DNA of 62,750 nucleotides, filler included, from Reclinomonas americana ATCC 50394 (taxonomy: Eukaryota): the NCBI GenBank assembly GCA_048213135.1. It is 4 parts of 2 records of this genome, joined end to end, with 100 filler letters (N's around TTAATTAATTAA, not from the genome) between each part and the next. Parts side by side here need not be neighbours in the genome. Positions count along the whole stretch, not along the records: positions 10,407 to 37,680 come from PS015059.1; positions 37,781 to 55,749 come from PS015059.1; 2 more parts are not named here. The stretch is one strand, 5' to 3'. Made by a program: the position numbers and the translations under genes. Every line of letters starts with the position of its first letter. The stretch's first letter is position 1. Below are positions 25,743-38,294 of the stretch, piece by piece. Under the pieces are notes generated by a model. The model was not told where the DNA came from and searched no databases. It worked only from the letters and a program-made list of their open reading frames with translations.

Positions 25743-27793
25743 TCTCCGTGCGTGCGTGTGCGTTTGTGTGTGATTGTGCTCGCTCGGAATTGTCACCGTT
25801 TCCCGCCTTTCTTCTCCCGCCTTGCTCCGAGACGTCGTCCATCCCTCGCCAGGCTACAGCCAGTACCCCACACAGCATGCGGTAGTGTGTGAACGATGTG
25901 ACTCCCATGATGCGTGTGAGCTTTCGAAGACCGACGTCGACATGGGACTTGTCGATGGGAAATCGGCAAAATGGACAAGGGTGGTGGCTCGAGGTGGCGC
26001 TCCACTGCACCGTGCTGCTGTCCAGCGACACTCTCTTTCCACTGACCTGCATTCTCTCTCAACGAGGACTGGACTGTCGGGCTGATTGCATGTGCAGCTG
26101 TGGCCCTGTTGTGCAGATGCCACCGCAGAGCACACTTGAGAATCCAATGAGCACAGGAGTCATCGAAATGCCTCACACCTCGTTGAATCGGCCCACAGAG
26201 AGCTTGATGAGGGCACCATGATGGTACAAGGAAGAAAGAGAGCCACAAGGGACGGGAGAGGAGCGACCAGCACAGTAGCAAAGCGATGGACGAGGCAGCT
26301 GTGTCGCGAGGCTCGCCTCCCCTCACCCAATCACAATCTATGCCTCGCGCCTTCAATCACACTCACATTCGGTCGGTGAATCGTGTCACGCAGGTACTGT
26401 GAGGCACGGAACCACGTGTCTTCGCATGCCAGTCACTTGCCAGCACGCCTGTGTTCATGGCACACACCGAACTGAGTCAGTCAATCTCCAAGTCTCACCA
26501 ACTTACTCCTCAACGCAAATGCAGAACACGTACGCACCAGGCCACGCGCGCGTCTGCAGTCTCCCATGGCCATCACCATCATTACTTGGCGGCGACAGCA
26601 GCAACCAAGGAGCGCACATAATCGATTCGCTCCGACTTGCCAGCCGGGATCGAAAACGATTCACCGACCAGGCCATCCATCGCACAGCACGGAACGCAGG
26701 TGTACACCCACCCAGCCACGCACCTCATAGCGTGCACGGCCTGCACGAACGAATTGAGTGGGAGAAAGAGGAAAGAAAGATCACGCCGAACATGGTCACG
26801 CACCTGCATCGTGCATTGGTTGGATTCAGGTGTGGAGCCGACTGAGTGAGGTGACAGCCGGCAGCGGGCGATGCACAGCACGCCTGTCATTACCACGACA
26901 TGCTTTCCATGGTCTCTGCATGCCAGTGTGCGATGTGAGCGAAGAATGGAGGACGTGGAGAGAGATATCTGCTCTGTCTCACGTGACGAACACACCAATC
27001 AGCACCTGATACCAACACACGGGATTGGACAAGTGGCAAGCCAAGGGACGCTCACACAACCATCCTGCAAGGGGCAAGGGAGAGAAGGAGCAGAGAGTCA
27101 GTATGCAGGTATGCCACCTCACACACTTCGACATCGACNNNNNNNNNNNNNNNNNNNNTGCCAGTTCTAACTCGACACGCCATGAGCGTCAACTCACTCC
27201 GAGTCACGCATGTGAGTCGGGTGGAGAGGCAACAACACACGATCCACAAAGAGAGCAACGAGGCATCGCAGTTCGTGAGTGGGGTGCGCCACGCCAGTTG
27301 TCAGGGCACACACACACATGCGGGAAACGAGTGCGCAGGGCAAGTGCACTCCCTCCCTCCTCGTGGCGTGTGTGGCGAGAAGGGCGGCCTACTGAATCGA
27401 TGCTTGACGCGCTCTCCATGTTCATGCGGTGCCAAAGTGAGAATGGGAGGCGGGTAATGATTGCCACTTGCCGCTGCTTCAACGCCGCGTTCGAATGACA
27501 GGGCGACATGAAGGCACAAGCACAAGGCGTGTGTTTGGGTGGGAGAGCGAGGACTCGCTCAATGCCAAGCAACACGCGTGTGCCTGTTCATTCCATGGCC
27601 TCACCTCAACCACCTCTCGCACACCTCGCACTCGGGATTCTCTTCTTGCAATCCCACTGCACTGCACTGTGCTGTATCTGCTTTCCGGCTCCCTCCACTT
27701 GGCAAGGCAGTGGAGAAGCACGTGTGAGGCGGTGTGGCGGTCAACAGGAGAGAGTTGCACACAGACAGATCGGTCTTCGTACATTCATTGAGC

Positions 27794-28082
27794 TCACTCC
27801 GTCCAACACCATCCAGGCGCACGGCGTTCAATCACCTCTGCATCCTCCAATACAAAACACCGCAGCACAACATCGACGAGGATCCAGTCACGATCATCTT
27901 CGTCGACGAGCAGCTCGTTGACAGCCAGCACGGCTGAGCGTGCGGCCGCAACCTCTTGCCCCGCCAGCCCACGCGGAGTGGACCACACACGGATCGATTT
28001 ATCCGCACTGCCACTCACGACGAGCTGGCCATCGGGAGTAACGACGACAGAGTATACCCATCCAGTGTGTTCCCTCCAACCG
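27794..28082 (-). pseudogene. Divergent WD40-tail relic: last WD repeat plus tail only
   Basis: HTGWVYSVVVTPDGQLVVSGSADKSIRVWSTPRGLAGQEVAAARSAVLAVNELLVDEDDRDWILVDVVLRCFVLEDAEVI. A 1-nt frameshift lies in the RLEG-H codons and upstream repeats are absent. Confidence 0.75.
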
Positions 28083-28499
28083 TCCAACACTGCGCAACAG
28101 GAACAAAGGCAAGAAAGAAGAACCAATCAGATGAGAGAGTGGGTTGTGAAGCAAGAGGACAGACATCGACGAACGGGATGGAATGAGGAGAATGAGAGAG
28201 GAGTAGCGTGCTGCAATTACGTGGGTGCAAAAGGAAGAGAAGAGAGGGTAGGCACAAATCGGAGTGGGGAGGAAGAGGAGAGCAAGCGAGGAACGCGGCA
28301 CAGCGACGAGCAAGCATCCCTCAATCGACACGAAGCAGAACAATGTGAGACAAGAAGAAAGAGAGAGTGGGCGCACGGAGGCACGAACAGTGCAAGTGCA
28401 TGACATGAAGGGAGGAGAAAAAGGGCGGATCTTGAGGAGCGGACGATGGAGAGGAGGGAGGCATTGAAAGGGAAGCCATTGAAGAGCGATCAGCTGACA

Positions 28500-29630
28500 C
28501 AGGAGAGAACAGAACAAGGTGAAAAGAGCGACAGTGGATGGAGGCGTGAAGGATGCAAGTGAAAAGAGATCACGAAAGGAGAAAGTGACCGACAGGGAAG
28601 TCCTTGAAGCACAGAGAGGTGAGGAGAAGGAGAGTGAGAAGAGACGAGAACGATGCAAGTGAAAAGAGATCAACGAAAAGCAACAAGGGCGGCTCACGGG
28701 AAGGGGACAATGGAGAGGAGAGAGGCCAAGAAAGGAAGGCAATGGAAGACACAAGAAAGAGCGAAACGAGACGAGACGAGATGAGGTGAAGGAGAAAGAG
28801 AGTGGGAGGAGTCGTGAAGGGTGCAAGTGAAAAAAGATCAAGGAAAGGCAACAAGGGCAGCTCACGGGAAGGGGACAATGGAGAGGAGAGAGGCCAAGAA
28901 AGGAAGGCAATAGAAGACACAAGGAAGAGCGAGACGAGACGAGACGAGGTGAGGAGAAGGAGAGTGGACAGAGTCGTGAAGGATGCAAGTGAAAAAAGAT
29001 CAAGGAAGGAGAAAGGGACCGAAAAAAGGGAAGTCCTTGAAGCACAGAGAGGTGAGGAGAAGGAGAGTGGATGAAGGCGTGAAGGGTGCAAGTGAAAACA
29101 GACCAAGGAAGGAGAAAGGGACCGAAAGGGAAGTCCTTGAAGCACAGAGAGGTGAGGAGAAAGGGAGTGGAAGGAAGCGTGAATTCGAAGGATGCAAGTG
29201 AAAAGAGATCAACGAAAAGCAACAAGGGCGGCGCACGGGAAGGGGACAATGCAGAAGAGAGAGACCAAGAAAGGAAGGCAATAGAAGACACAAGAAAGAG
29301 CAAAACGAGACGAGACGAGGTGAGGAGAGTGAGAGTGGGAGGAGGCGTGAAGGATACAAGTGAAAAGAGATCAAGGAAAGAGAAAGGGACCGAAAAGGGA
29401 AGTCCTTGAAGCACAGAGAGGTGAGGAGAGTGAGAGAGGATGGAGGCGCGAAGGATGCAAGTGAAAAGAGATCAACGAAAACAACAAGGGCGGCTCACGG
29501 GAAGGGGACAATGGAGAGGAGAGAGGCCAAGAAAGGAAGGCAACAGAAGACACAAGGAGGAGCGAGACGAGACGAGACGAGGTGAGGAAAAGGAGAGTGG
29601 GAGGAGGCGGGACAGATGCAAGTGAATGTG
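28500..29630. repeat. GA-rich complex minisatellite
   Basis: Recurrent ggatgcaagtgaaaagagatcaa, gggaagtccttgaagcacagagaggtgagg and cacgggaaggggacaatggagaggagagaggccaagaaagg blocks. Confidence 0.9.
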
Positions 29631-30659
29631 ACCAATGCGAGTGCATAATGGAGATGAGGAAGAACGAGAGACAAAAGAAACGTGAATCGCTCACCTGCTC
29701 AGCGAGTGAGACACAAGAACACAGTCAGCGTAGCGTGTACTCGCTCCGCGTCATGGGTGCCACAATAAGGCGGGCAAGGAGAGATCTGAATGTGATGCTG
29801 GAGCGCGGCATTGCGAGGCACATGCACACTTCTCGTCGCCACGGCGCTCCGTCTCGCACAACAAGATGGACAGATGGTGCATGGCAGGCCTCACTCCCCT
29901 GCGACATGCGAGCGCATCTATGAGCAAAGAAAAAGCAGAGCGGCCGACACTCGTGTTGCACCACCACAAGCACACACCGATCGACAGAAAATGTGTGTGG
30001 GCATATTCGAGCAGTCAAGGGACACAGCGGCAAGTGACAGGATGCCGCCCAGCAGCACCTGCTGCAGTAGAGCATGTGGACCAGGCGAGTCGAAATGCGT
30101 CCCACATCTGTCGCAGAAGTGGCATCATGCGTGTCAGTGCATGACCATGCTTGTCGCCCTCCCTTCAACCTCAAATCGCAAACGATCCTCTTCTCTCTCC
30201 ACTCCTCTCACCGCTCCCGTCAACTCACCCCGCACGTGTGTATCGTCGAACGCCACCAGCATCACCAGTTGCTGTGGGGGAGTGCGTGACGGTCGATCAA
30301 CGCAGAGCCACCAACAGGAAGAACAAGATGCGCCACATTGCGAATCCGGCGGTGGCCGACGACTGGCTCACACGAGCTCCCATTGATATCACGCCGGCTG
30401 ACAAGCGACGGTCGAATGGCACCGCTCTCACACAATCATCGCCTGCAGGCGGAGAGCGCGATAAAGTAAGTGTGGGCGCAGAATTGGGCGAAGAAGGAGG
30501 GCGTAGAGAGTGAATCGGTGAATCTGAAGGGAGAGGGAGACAGAAGAAGGCAACGGTGGCATGGCGGACAAGGGGGAGAGGGGGGAGAGGGGTACAGAGA
30601 CAGGCAAAGTACAGGCAAGAGGAGGGTGACGACGGAAGCGGAGAGGGAAGATGCGAAGG

Positions 30660-31400
30660 CAGGGAAAGGGAAAGAGAAGGAAGAGGCAGAGACAACAGAG
30701 CGATGATTCAACGAGGGAGAGGACGGAAGGGAAAGGGAAGACGCGAAAGAAGAGAAGAAAGCAGAAAGTAGAAGAGAAGGAAGAGGCAGAGACAACAACA
30801 GAGCAATGATTCAACGAGAGTGAAGACGGAAGGGAAAGAAAAGACGCGAAGAAAGAGAAAGCAGAAGAGAAGGAAGAGGCAGAGACAACAACAGAGCGAT
30901 GATTCAACGAGGGTCAAAAGGTGGGGAAAGGGAAGACGCGACGGAAGAGAGAGCGAAAGAGAAGGAAGAGGCAGAGACAACAACAGAGCAATGATTCAAC
31001 GAGGGTGAAGACAGAAGGGAAGGGAAGAGGCGAAGGAGGAGAAAGCAGAAAGCAAAGAGAAGGAAGAGGCAGAGACAACAACAGAGCGATGATTCAACGA
31101 GGATGAAGTCGGAAGGGAAAGAGAAGACGCGAAGGAAGGGAAAGGGAAAGAGAATGAAGAGGCAGAGACAACAACAGAGCAATGATTCAACGTAGGTGAA
31201 AAAGGAAGGGAAAGGGAAGACGCGAAGAAAGAGAAAGCAGAAGAGAAGGGAGAGGCAGAGAAAACAACAGTGCAATGATTCAACGAGGGAGAAGACAGAG
31301 GGAGAGGGAAGACGCGAAGGAAGGGAAAGCGGAAGAGGGGGGCGGAGGGGGAAGAGAGAATGAAGAGGAAGAGATAACAGTGCAATGATTCAACGAGGGT
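30660..31400. repeat. GA-rich tandem repeat, ~85-100 bp unit
   Basis: About 8 copies of gaggcagagacaacaacagagc(a/g)atgattcaacgaggg...gaagacgcgaa. Confidence 0.9.
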
Positions 31401-32404
31401 GGAGAGGAGAGAGAAAGAGAAAGAGAGGCGATTGCATGAACGCACATATGCACATCCATCTGTCACTCTGACCAGAGCCAAGGATGAGAAGGGGATTCGC
31501 AGGGCAGAAAGAGAGAGAGAGAGAGAGAGGANNNNNNNNNNNNNNNNNNNNNNNNNNNNNNNNNNNNNNNNNNNNNNNNNNNNNNNNNNNNNNNNNNNNN
31601 NNNNNNNNNNNNNNNNNNNNNNNNNNNNNNNNNNNNNNNNNNNNNNNNNNNNNNNNNNNNNNNNNNNNNNNNNNNNNNNNNNNNNNNNNNNNNNNNNNNN
31701 NNNNNNNNNNNNNNNNNNNNNNNNNNNNNNNNNNNNNNNNNNNNNNNNNNNNNNNNNNNNNNNNNNNNNNNNNNNNNNNNNNNNNNNNNNNNNNNNNNNN
31801 NNNNNNNNNNNNNNNNNNNNNNNNNNNNNNNNNNNNNNNNNNNNNNNNNNNNNNNNNNNNNNNNNNNNNNNNNNNNNNNNNNNNNNNNNNNNNNNNNNNN
31901 NNNNNNNNNNNNNNNNNNNNNNNNNNNNNNNNNNNNNNNNNNNNNNNNNNNNNNNNNNNNNNNNNNNNNNNNNNNNNNNNNNNNNNNNNNNNNNNNNNNN
32001 NNNNNNNNNNNNNNNNNNNNNNNNNNNNNNNNNNNNNNNNNNNNNNNNNNNNNNNNNNNNNNNNNNNNNNNNNNNNNNNNNNNNNNNNNNNNNNNNNNNN
32101 NNNNNNNNNNNNNNNNNNNNNNNNNNNNNNNNNNNNNNNNNNNNNNNNNNNNNNNNNNNNNNNNNNNNNNNNNNNNNNNNNNNNNNNNNNNNNNNNNNNN
32201 NNNNNNNNNNNNNNNNNNNNNNNNNNNNNNNNNNNNNNNNNNNNNNNNNNNNNNNNNNNNNNNNNNNNNNNNNNNNNNNNNNNNNNNNNNNNNNNNNNNN
32301 NNNNNNNNNNNNNNNNNNNNNNNNNNNNNNNNNNNNNNNNNNNNNNNNNNNNNNNNNNNNNNNNNNNNNNNNNNNNNNNNNNNNNNNNNNNNNNNNNCGC
32401 GGGC

Positions 32405-32442
<38 letters not shown>

Positions 32443-33649
32443 GATGAGAGAAAGGAATGAGCTCGAGAGAGACTCGACTGGCGGGAAAACTGAATCGAGG
32501 TGCAACACGCACACATCTCAGCAGCAGACGCACATATGCGCACACTCACATGCACAAACACACAGCCATGCTCACTATGAGGAGGTGGATGAGAGAGAGG
32601 GAGAGAGAGAGAAATGAGAGAATGAGACGCGTGAAACAATGAATGCTACTTTCACACACTCTCACACACTCTCTCTTTTTCCCACACACTCACTCACCTG
32701 GTGTGTGTGCAAGCAGTTGCTCATGCACGATGTCGACAAGCGTGCCACACTCATCCTCCTCCTCATTCTCCGAGTCTCCTCGCAAAACACACACGCGCGA
32801 CGAGAGAATGTGTGCCAAAGACGAAACACGGTAACCCGCTCACTCGCTCGTGCATGCACGATCACACGCAAGCCACACCACTGATGCTTTGCTCGTGTAT
32901 CAGCGCATCACACCACACAACGGAAGAAGAGAGCGGCGGAGAGACGTGTGTGGGACAAACGATGTGATGTTGGACAACGTGTGGGCCTGTCTTTTCTCCC
33001 TCTCCTTGCTGGTATTCATCGCAGAGGCAGTGTGTGCAGGAGAGTGAGATGCAACGAGCCGATGCATACATTGCGCCACCACGACAACCACAGCCACCCA
33101 GTTCGCGCGCGATGATCGTGGTTCCCGAATCAATCGGCATTCACGCCACACTGCAGACCAAGGACGGACGCAAGCCACGGAGGAGGAGGAAGAGAGGAAG
33201 ACATGGATGGAGCGGCGCTGTGCCAATCTCCTTGCACAGCATTAACATCGACTGTGGCCGATGGAAGAGAGAGAGAGAGAGCAACGAAGGCGACGGAGTG
33301 CGCGTGGAAAGTTTGCCATCCCGCTCATTGCAGCAGAGGGGAGAAAGTGGGGAAGGGGGAAGGGGAAGGAGCTCAAGGAGAATGTTGAGAGGTTGAGAGT
33401 GGGAAGAGGAGGAGGATGGGGAGTGAGGAAAACAAACCAGCAGGAACAAGCATGCAAACACACGCACACTCCCTTTCTTTCTCTCTCTCTCTCTCACACA
33501 CACATGCTGTTGCAATCGATGGCGGTTATTGAGAAGGAAGAAGACGACAAGCAGTGTGTCGCAATGCCGCGTGCGGTCTGCATGCAATACGCTCCTGTTT
33601 GACGAGCCAGGCATGACTGGATCGATGGTGAGAAACGGAGAGCGAGTGG

Positions 33650-33975
33650 GGGAGAAGGAACAATGCAACACAGACAACTCACAGAGACCGTCCGAACCTT
33701 GCGATGCATGCACCGGCGATGGTGGAGACAGGGAGAGAGACAACTATCCATTGGAGCAGGATCACGGATCGAGCTGCTGAACAGACACAATGAATGAATG
33801 AGTGAGCGAGGAGAGCGAGGGAGAGGAAGAAGGAACAATGCAACAGGGACAACTCACAGAGACGTCCGAACCTTGCGATGCATGCACCGGCGATGGTGGA
33901 GACAGCTGCAGGGAGACAACTCTCCATTTGAGCGGGATCACGGATCGTGCTGCTGAACAGACACAATGAATGATT
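33650..33975. repeat. Two-copy ~180 bp direct repeat with exon-like borders on the minus strand
   Basis: gaaggaacaatgcaaca...gacaactcacagaga...ccgaaccttgcgatgcatgcaccggcgatggtggagacag...gctgctgaacagacacaatgaatga occurs twice. Confidence 0.8.
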
Positions 33976-35354
33976 GACTGAGCGAGGCAGACGGGGTTGA
34001 TTTCCCATCCACACCCCAAGGCGCACGTACGAACGTACCTCCAAAAGATGCCTATGTCGCCACATCCAGCAGGTCATCTTCTTTTCTCCTTCTCCTCCTC
34101 CTCCTCCTCCTCCTCAAGGAGAAGACGATGAAATGGCACAACAGCAATGACTGAGGGCCGCTAACGACATTCGGTGGAGGCGAATCGGGATCAATAATCG
34201 TCCAGCAGACGGAGGAGGTGGAGGTGCGAGTCGCGCTCCATGAGTGTCTCTTGCATCATCAACGAGAGCGTCTGTGCGATCGAGCAGGAAACCATGCCGA
34301 TGAGTGAGAGCACGCAGCGTGAGAAGAGAGAAAAAAAAGAGAAACAGGACGATGGGCTGCTGCGGTGTGGAGGTTTCTCTTTTCTTCATCTCATCAACGA
34401 CCGGTCTCTCTCTCTCTCCCCACACCGACACCGCTTCTTGCGTCAAGTACACGAAGATTGATCTTTCTTCTGTGTTCTGCAAGCCAACGGCTCAAAATGG
34501 CAACAACAGCAACCACACACACACGAAGACATTCACTCGTTGCGAATCGATATCGGAAGAATAGAAAACGGGACAAGCGGCGGACAGCACGGCCGTGAGA
34601 ACGAAAAGGGTGGAGAGAGAGAAGAGAGAAGAGAAAGAGAGTAGGGATGACGAATGAATGAGCGAAGGAAGAGTGAATAAAGAAAGGATGGAGAGGAAGG
34701 GATAAACAAGGAAAGGAGCTCAATCGGGAAAGAGGCGAAGAAGGAAAGGATGCGTAATGGGGAGAGGAATGAGGGAGGGATGAAGAAGGACAGGAGTGGG
34801 GAGAAGAAGAAGAGGGAAGGGATGCAGAAAGAAAGGAGCGGGGAGGAAAAAAGAGAGCGGGAGTGGGAAGAGGAAGAAAAAGAGAAAGAAGCAAGAAGGA
34901 AAGGATGCAGAGGGAAAGGAGCGCGCGAGGACGAGGAAGAAAGCCGAAACGATAGACAGAGAAAGAAGGCAGGAGAATATGAATGGCGGTGATGTGCAAC
35001 GATGAAGGAAAGGAGAGAGGCGCGCGGTAGGAGAGCAAGAGAGACAGGAAGAAGAGAGAGAGAAAAAAGGTGGCGTGAGAGAGAGAGGAAGTCGAGATAG
35101 GAAAGGAAGAAGCGTGATCAGCAAACGGCGAATAATCACCGCCACACACGCACACAAACGGTGAAGAGGTACATGGAGAAGGAATAGAGGGAAAAGAGAT
35201 GCAAAGAGAGAGCGAGAGAGTGTGCAATGCAGGTGGGGCGGCGGAATAACTGCATGAACACGCGGTGCACTGGCGAATCCATGCACGAAGACATTCAATA
35301 TGGGGAAGGGAGGCGAAGAGAAAGGAAGGGAGGGAGGAAGGGGAAGAGGTAGAG

Positions 35355-36310
35355 AGAGCGTGATTCGTGTCGGAAGAATGGTGCAATCACGCGGAGCACT
35401 GGCGAATACGTGCACACAGACACAAAGCCGTGCTCTCANNNNNNNNNNNNNNNNNNNNGAGAGAGAGGAAGGGAGGAAGGGAGAGGAATAGGGAGAAAGG
35501 GAGGAAGAAGTGTGCAATCACGCGGAGCACTGGCGAGTTGATGCACGGAGATACACACAGACGTGCTCTCAACAAGAGAGAAGGAGGAGAGGAAGAGAGT
35601 GAGAGAGGAAGGAAGGAAGGGAGAGGAAAGGAGGAAGGGAGAGGAAGAAAGACGATGGGAGGTGAAGAGGGAGAGAGTGCAATCACGCGGAGCAATGGCG
35701 AGTTGATGCACGGAGATACACACAGCAGTGCTCTCAGCAAGAGAGGTGAACGAGGAGAGGAAGGGAGGCGAAGAGTGACACGTGTGGGCGGAAGAATTGC
35801 TCAATCGCGCAGAGCAGTGGCGAGTCAATGCACGAAGACACGCAACACGTATGGCGAGAGAGGAGGAGGAGAGGAAGGTACGGGAAAGGGAGAGAGCGTG
35901 ATTCGTGTCGGAAGAATTGTGCAATCAAGCGAAGCAGTGGTGAGTTGATGCACGGAGATACACACAGCCGTGCTCTCAGCAAGAGAGGAGGAGGAGAGGA
36001 AGAGAAAGAATTGAGAGAGAGGAAGAGAGTGAGAGGAATGGAGGGAGGGGGGCCGGGAAAGAGAGAGAGTGCAATCACGCGGAGCAATGGCGAGTTGATG
36101 CACGCAGATACACACAGCCGTGCTCTCAACAAGAGAGGAGGAGGAGAGGAAGAGAGTTAGAGAGGAAGGAAGGATGGGAGAGGAAAGGAGGAAAGGAGAC
36201 GAAGGGAGACGAAGATGCAATGCGTGTGGGAGGAAGAATTGTGTAATCAAGCGGAGCAATGGCGAGTCAATGCACGGAGATACATACAGCTGTGCTCTCA
36301 GCAGGAGAGG
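35355..36310. repeat. Tandem repeat with a conserved ~60 bp core separated by GA-rich linkers
   Basis: About 7 copies of gtgcaatcacgcggagca(a/c)tggcgagttgatgcacggagatacacacagccgtgctctc. Confidence 0.9.
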
Positions 36311-37680
36311 AATTCGAAGAGAGCGTGTGTGTGAGAGAGAAAGAGAGTTGAGAGAGAGAGGAAGGGAGTGGAGACAGGAGATGCAATGCGTGTGGGCGGA
36401 GAATTAACAGACACACAGCCGCGCTCGTGGCGGGAGAGAGAGAGAGAGAGAGCGAGAGAGAGGAATGACTGTGACAGCCAATGCACGCAAAGAATGCACA
36501 CACACGACTCATTCTGTCTGTCTCTCTCTCGCTCTCTCGCTCTNNNNNNNNNNNNNNNNNNNNNNNNNNNNNNNNNNNNNNNNNNNNNNNNNNNNNNNNN
36601 NNNNNNNNNNNNNNNNNNNNNNNNNNNNNNNNNNNNNNNNNNNNNNNNNNNNNNNNNNNNNNNNNNNNNNNNNNNNNNNNNNNNNNNNNNNNNNNNNNNN
36701 NNNNNNNNNNNNNNNNNNNNNNNNNNNNNNNNNNNNNNNNNNNNNNNNNNNNNNNNNNNNNNNNNNNNNNNNNNNNNNNNNNNNNNNNNNNNNNNNNNNN
36801 NNNNNNNNNNNNNNNNNNNNNNNNNNNNNNNNNNNNNNNNNNNNNNNNNNNNNNNNNNNNNNNNNNNNNNNNNNNNNNNNNNNNNNNNNNNAAATGGAAT
36901 TGGTGAAAGGGGAAGAAAGGAAGCACGAACGGGCGGTGAGCCGTGGAAATTGAAGCAATCCGGCATGGCACCGATTGAAATGCAGCCGAGAAATCCGGCA
37001 GGGGGATGGGTGGAAGGTGTGAGTGAGATGAATTGCACGATGGAGTCGATGGAGAGAGTGGAGAAGATGCACAGCATGCGAAACATTCACACACAGACGC
37101 ATGCAGCAAGCAACGGTGCGGATTCAGCTGAAATAATGGCCATCGATGGAATAACAGGGCGGGAATGAGGTCAGATTTGGAAACAAAGGATGGGATCACA
37201 TGGGCGGAGCGGGGAAGAAGGATTCTGCCAGAGGGAATGCGGAATTTAGATGCCGGTGAGGAGCTGCAATTGATTGACTGATGCAATTCCGATGGAAGAT
37301 TGAGAAAATTGTGAAGAGTGGAGGAGAGGTGAAGCAGGTCATTTGATGCAAGTATCATGAACAAGGAGAGGGAAAGGAAGGGTACTACAGTGGGGAATCA
37401 AGAATTGAGATACTGGTGGGGAGATACGAGGAGAGACATTTGATTGGTCAATTCCGAATTCACATGAATCGCAGAGAGAGGGTGAAAGGAGAGGTCAAAT
37501 CGATCAGTGATTGATGGAGGAGTGGGGATGGAGAGGTGCGAGAGTGTATTCTTGGAGTGGAATGAGGAAAATAAGAAAGGCACGGGTGAGAATTGGGGAA
37601 GGGAGATGGAAGGGCGAGAATTGGGGAAAGGAGAATAGAAGGGAGCAAGGGCGAGAATTGGGGAAAGGAGATGGGGAGAT

Positions 37681-37780
37681 NNNNNNNNNNNNNNNNNNNN
37701 NNNNNNNNNNNNNNNNNNNNNNNNTTAATTAATTAANNNNNNNNNNNNNNNNNNNNNNNNNNNNNNNNNNNNNNNNNNNN
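37681..37780. other. Artificial scaffold linker
   Basis: N44-TTAATTAATTAA-N44. Confidence 0.97.
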
Positions 37781-38294
37781 AGGGGTTGTATTTGAAAGAA
37801 TCTGGGCAATTCAAGAGGGGAGTGGCCTATCGAGCGCACTTGTCTCTCTTCTAAAGCCACATGACCCCCTCTTTCCGCATCATCTTTCAGAACAAATAAT
37901 AGATTACCTTCAGAAATCAAGTGACATTACTCTTCTGATCAGGGGTTGGGGTATCCTGATGAAAGGAAAGGGCTCTATTCATGAAACACTGCCCGGTGAG
38001 CGCACTTTACACACACAAAACGAGCCAATGGACGCCATATTTTTCAATCATTGTTTCGAAGGGAAAGGAAGGAGCGAAGCAACATCCTTTTCTTTTTCCT
38101 TTCTTTTTTGAATTCAGAAGAGAGGAGCCGCAGGCGACTCTCTTCTCTTTGAAGGAGAGAGGGACTTTCTTTTCTCTTTCTTTGAATTGAAAAAAGGCAC
38201 ATGAAGGAGAAGGGACTTTCTTTTTCTTTTTATGAAATGAGAAGAGAGGAGCCGCAAGGCGACTCTCTTCTCTTTGAAGGAGAGAGAGACTTCT

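Larger units (their letters stand above)
10407..27138 (-). repeat. Tandem segmental array, unit ~3.2-3.8 kb (WD40 gene plus ~2.2 kb homologous spacer), five units
   Basis: Homologous stop positions at 10903, 14678, 17882, 21228 and ~24577. Spacer motifs such as ctcacacacttcggcatcgggaagctcac, tggatcggcccacagcga and ggattgtcaccgtttcccgcc recur with point differences from unit to unit. Confidence 0.95.

Noticed and set aside
14749-25892. Plus-strand ORFs antisense to the WD40 genes (e.g. MCSLSGVTATDHT...)
   Set aside because: They are shadow frames of repetitive GC-rich coding sequence.
10903-28082. Dscam-like single gene with alternative WD40 exons, or a diversity-generating retroelement
   Set aside because: Each unit has its own ATG micro-exon and stop codon, no reverse transcriptase or template repeat is visible, and variation is not adenine-specific.
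27999-29414. 471-aa minus-strand ORF and other long L/S/F-rich or R/E-rich ORFs in 28-41 kb
   Set aside because: They are translations of GA/CT minisatellites or run through N gaps.
35355-36310. Conserved cores separated by variable linkers, superficially CRISPR-like
   Set aside because: The cores are ~60 bp and degenerate, the linkers are low-complexity GA tracts related to each other, the context is eukaryotic and no cas genes are present.
36892-37680. Possible degenerate leucine-rich-repeat coding relic on the minus strand
   Set aside because: Multiple stops, no sustained LRR periodicity, and gaps on both sides; it cannot be supported.
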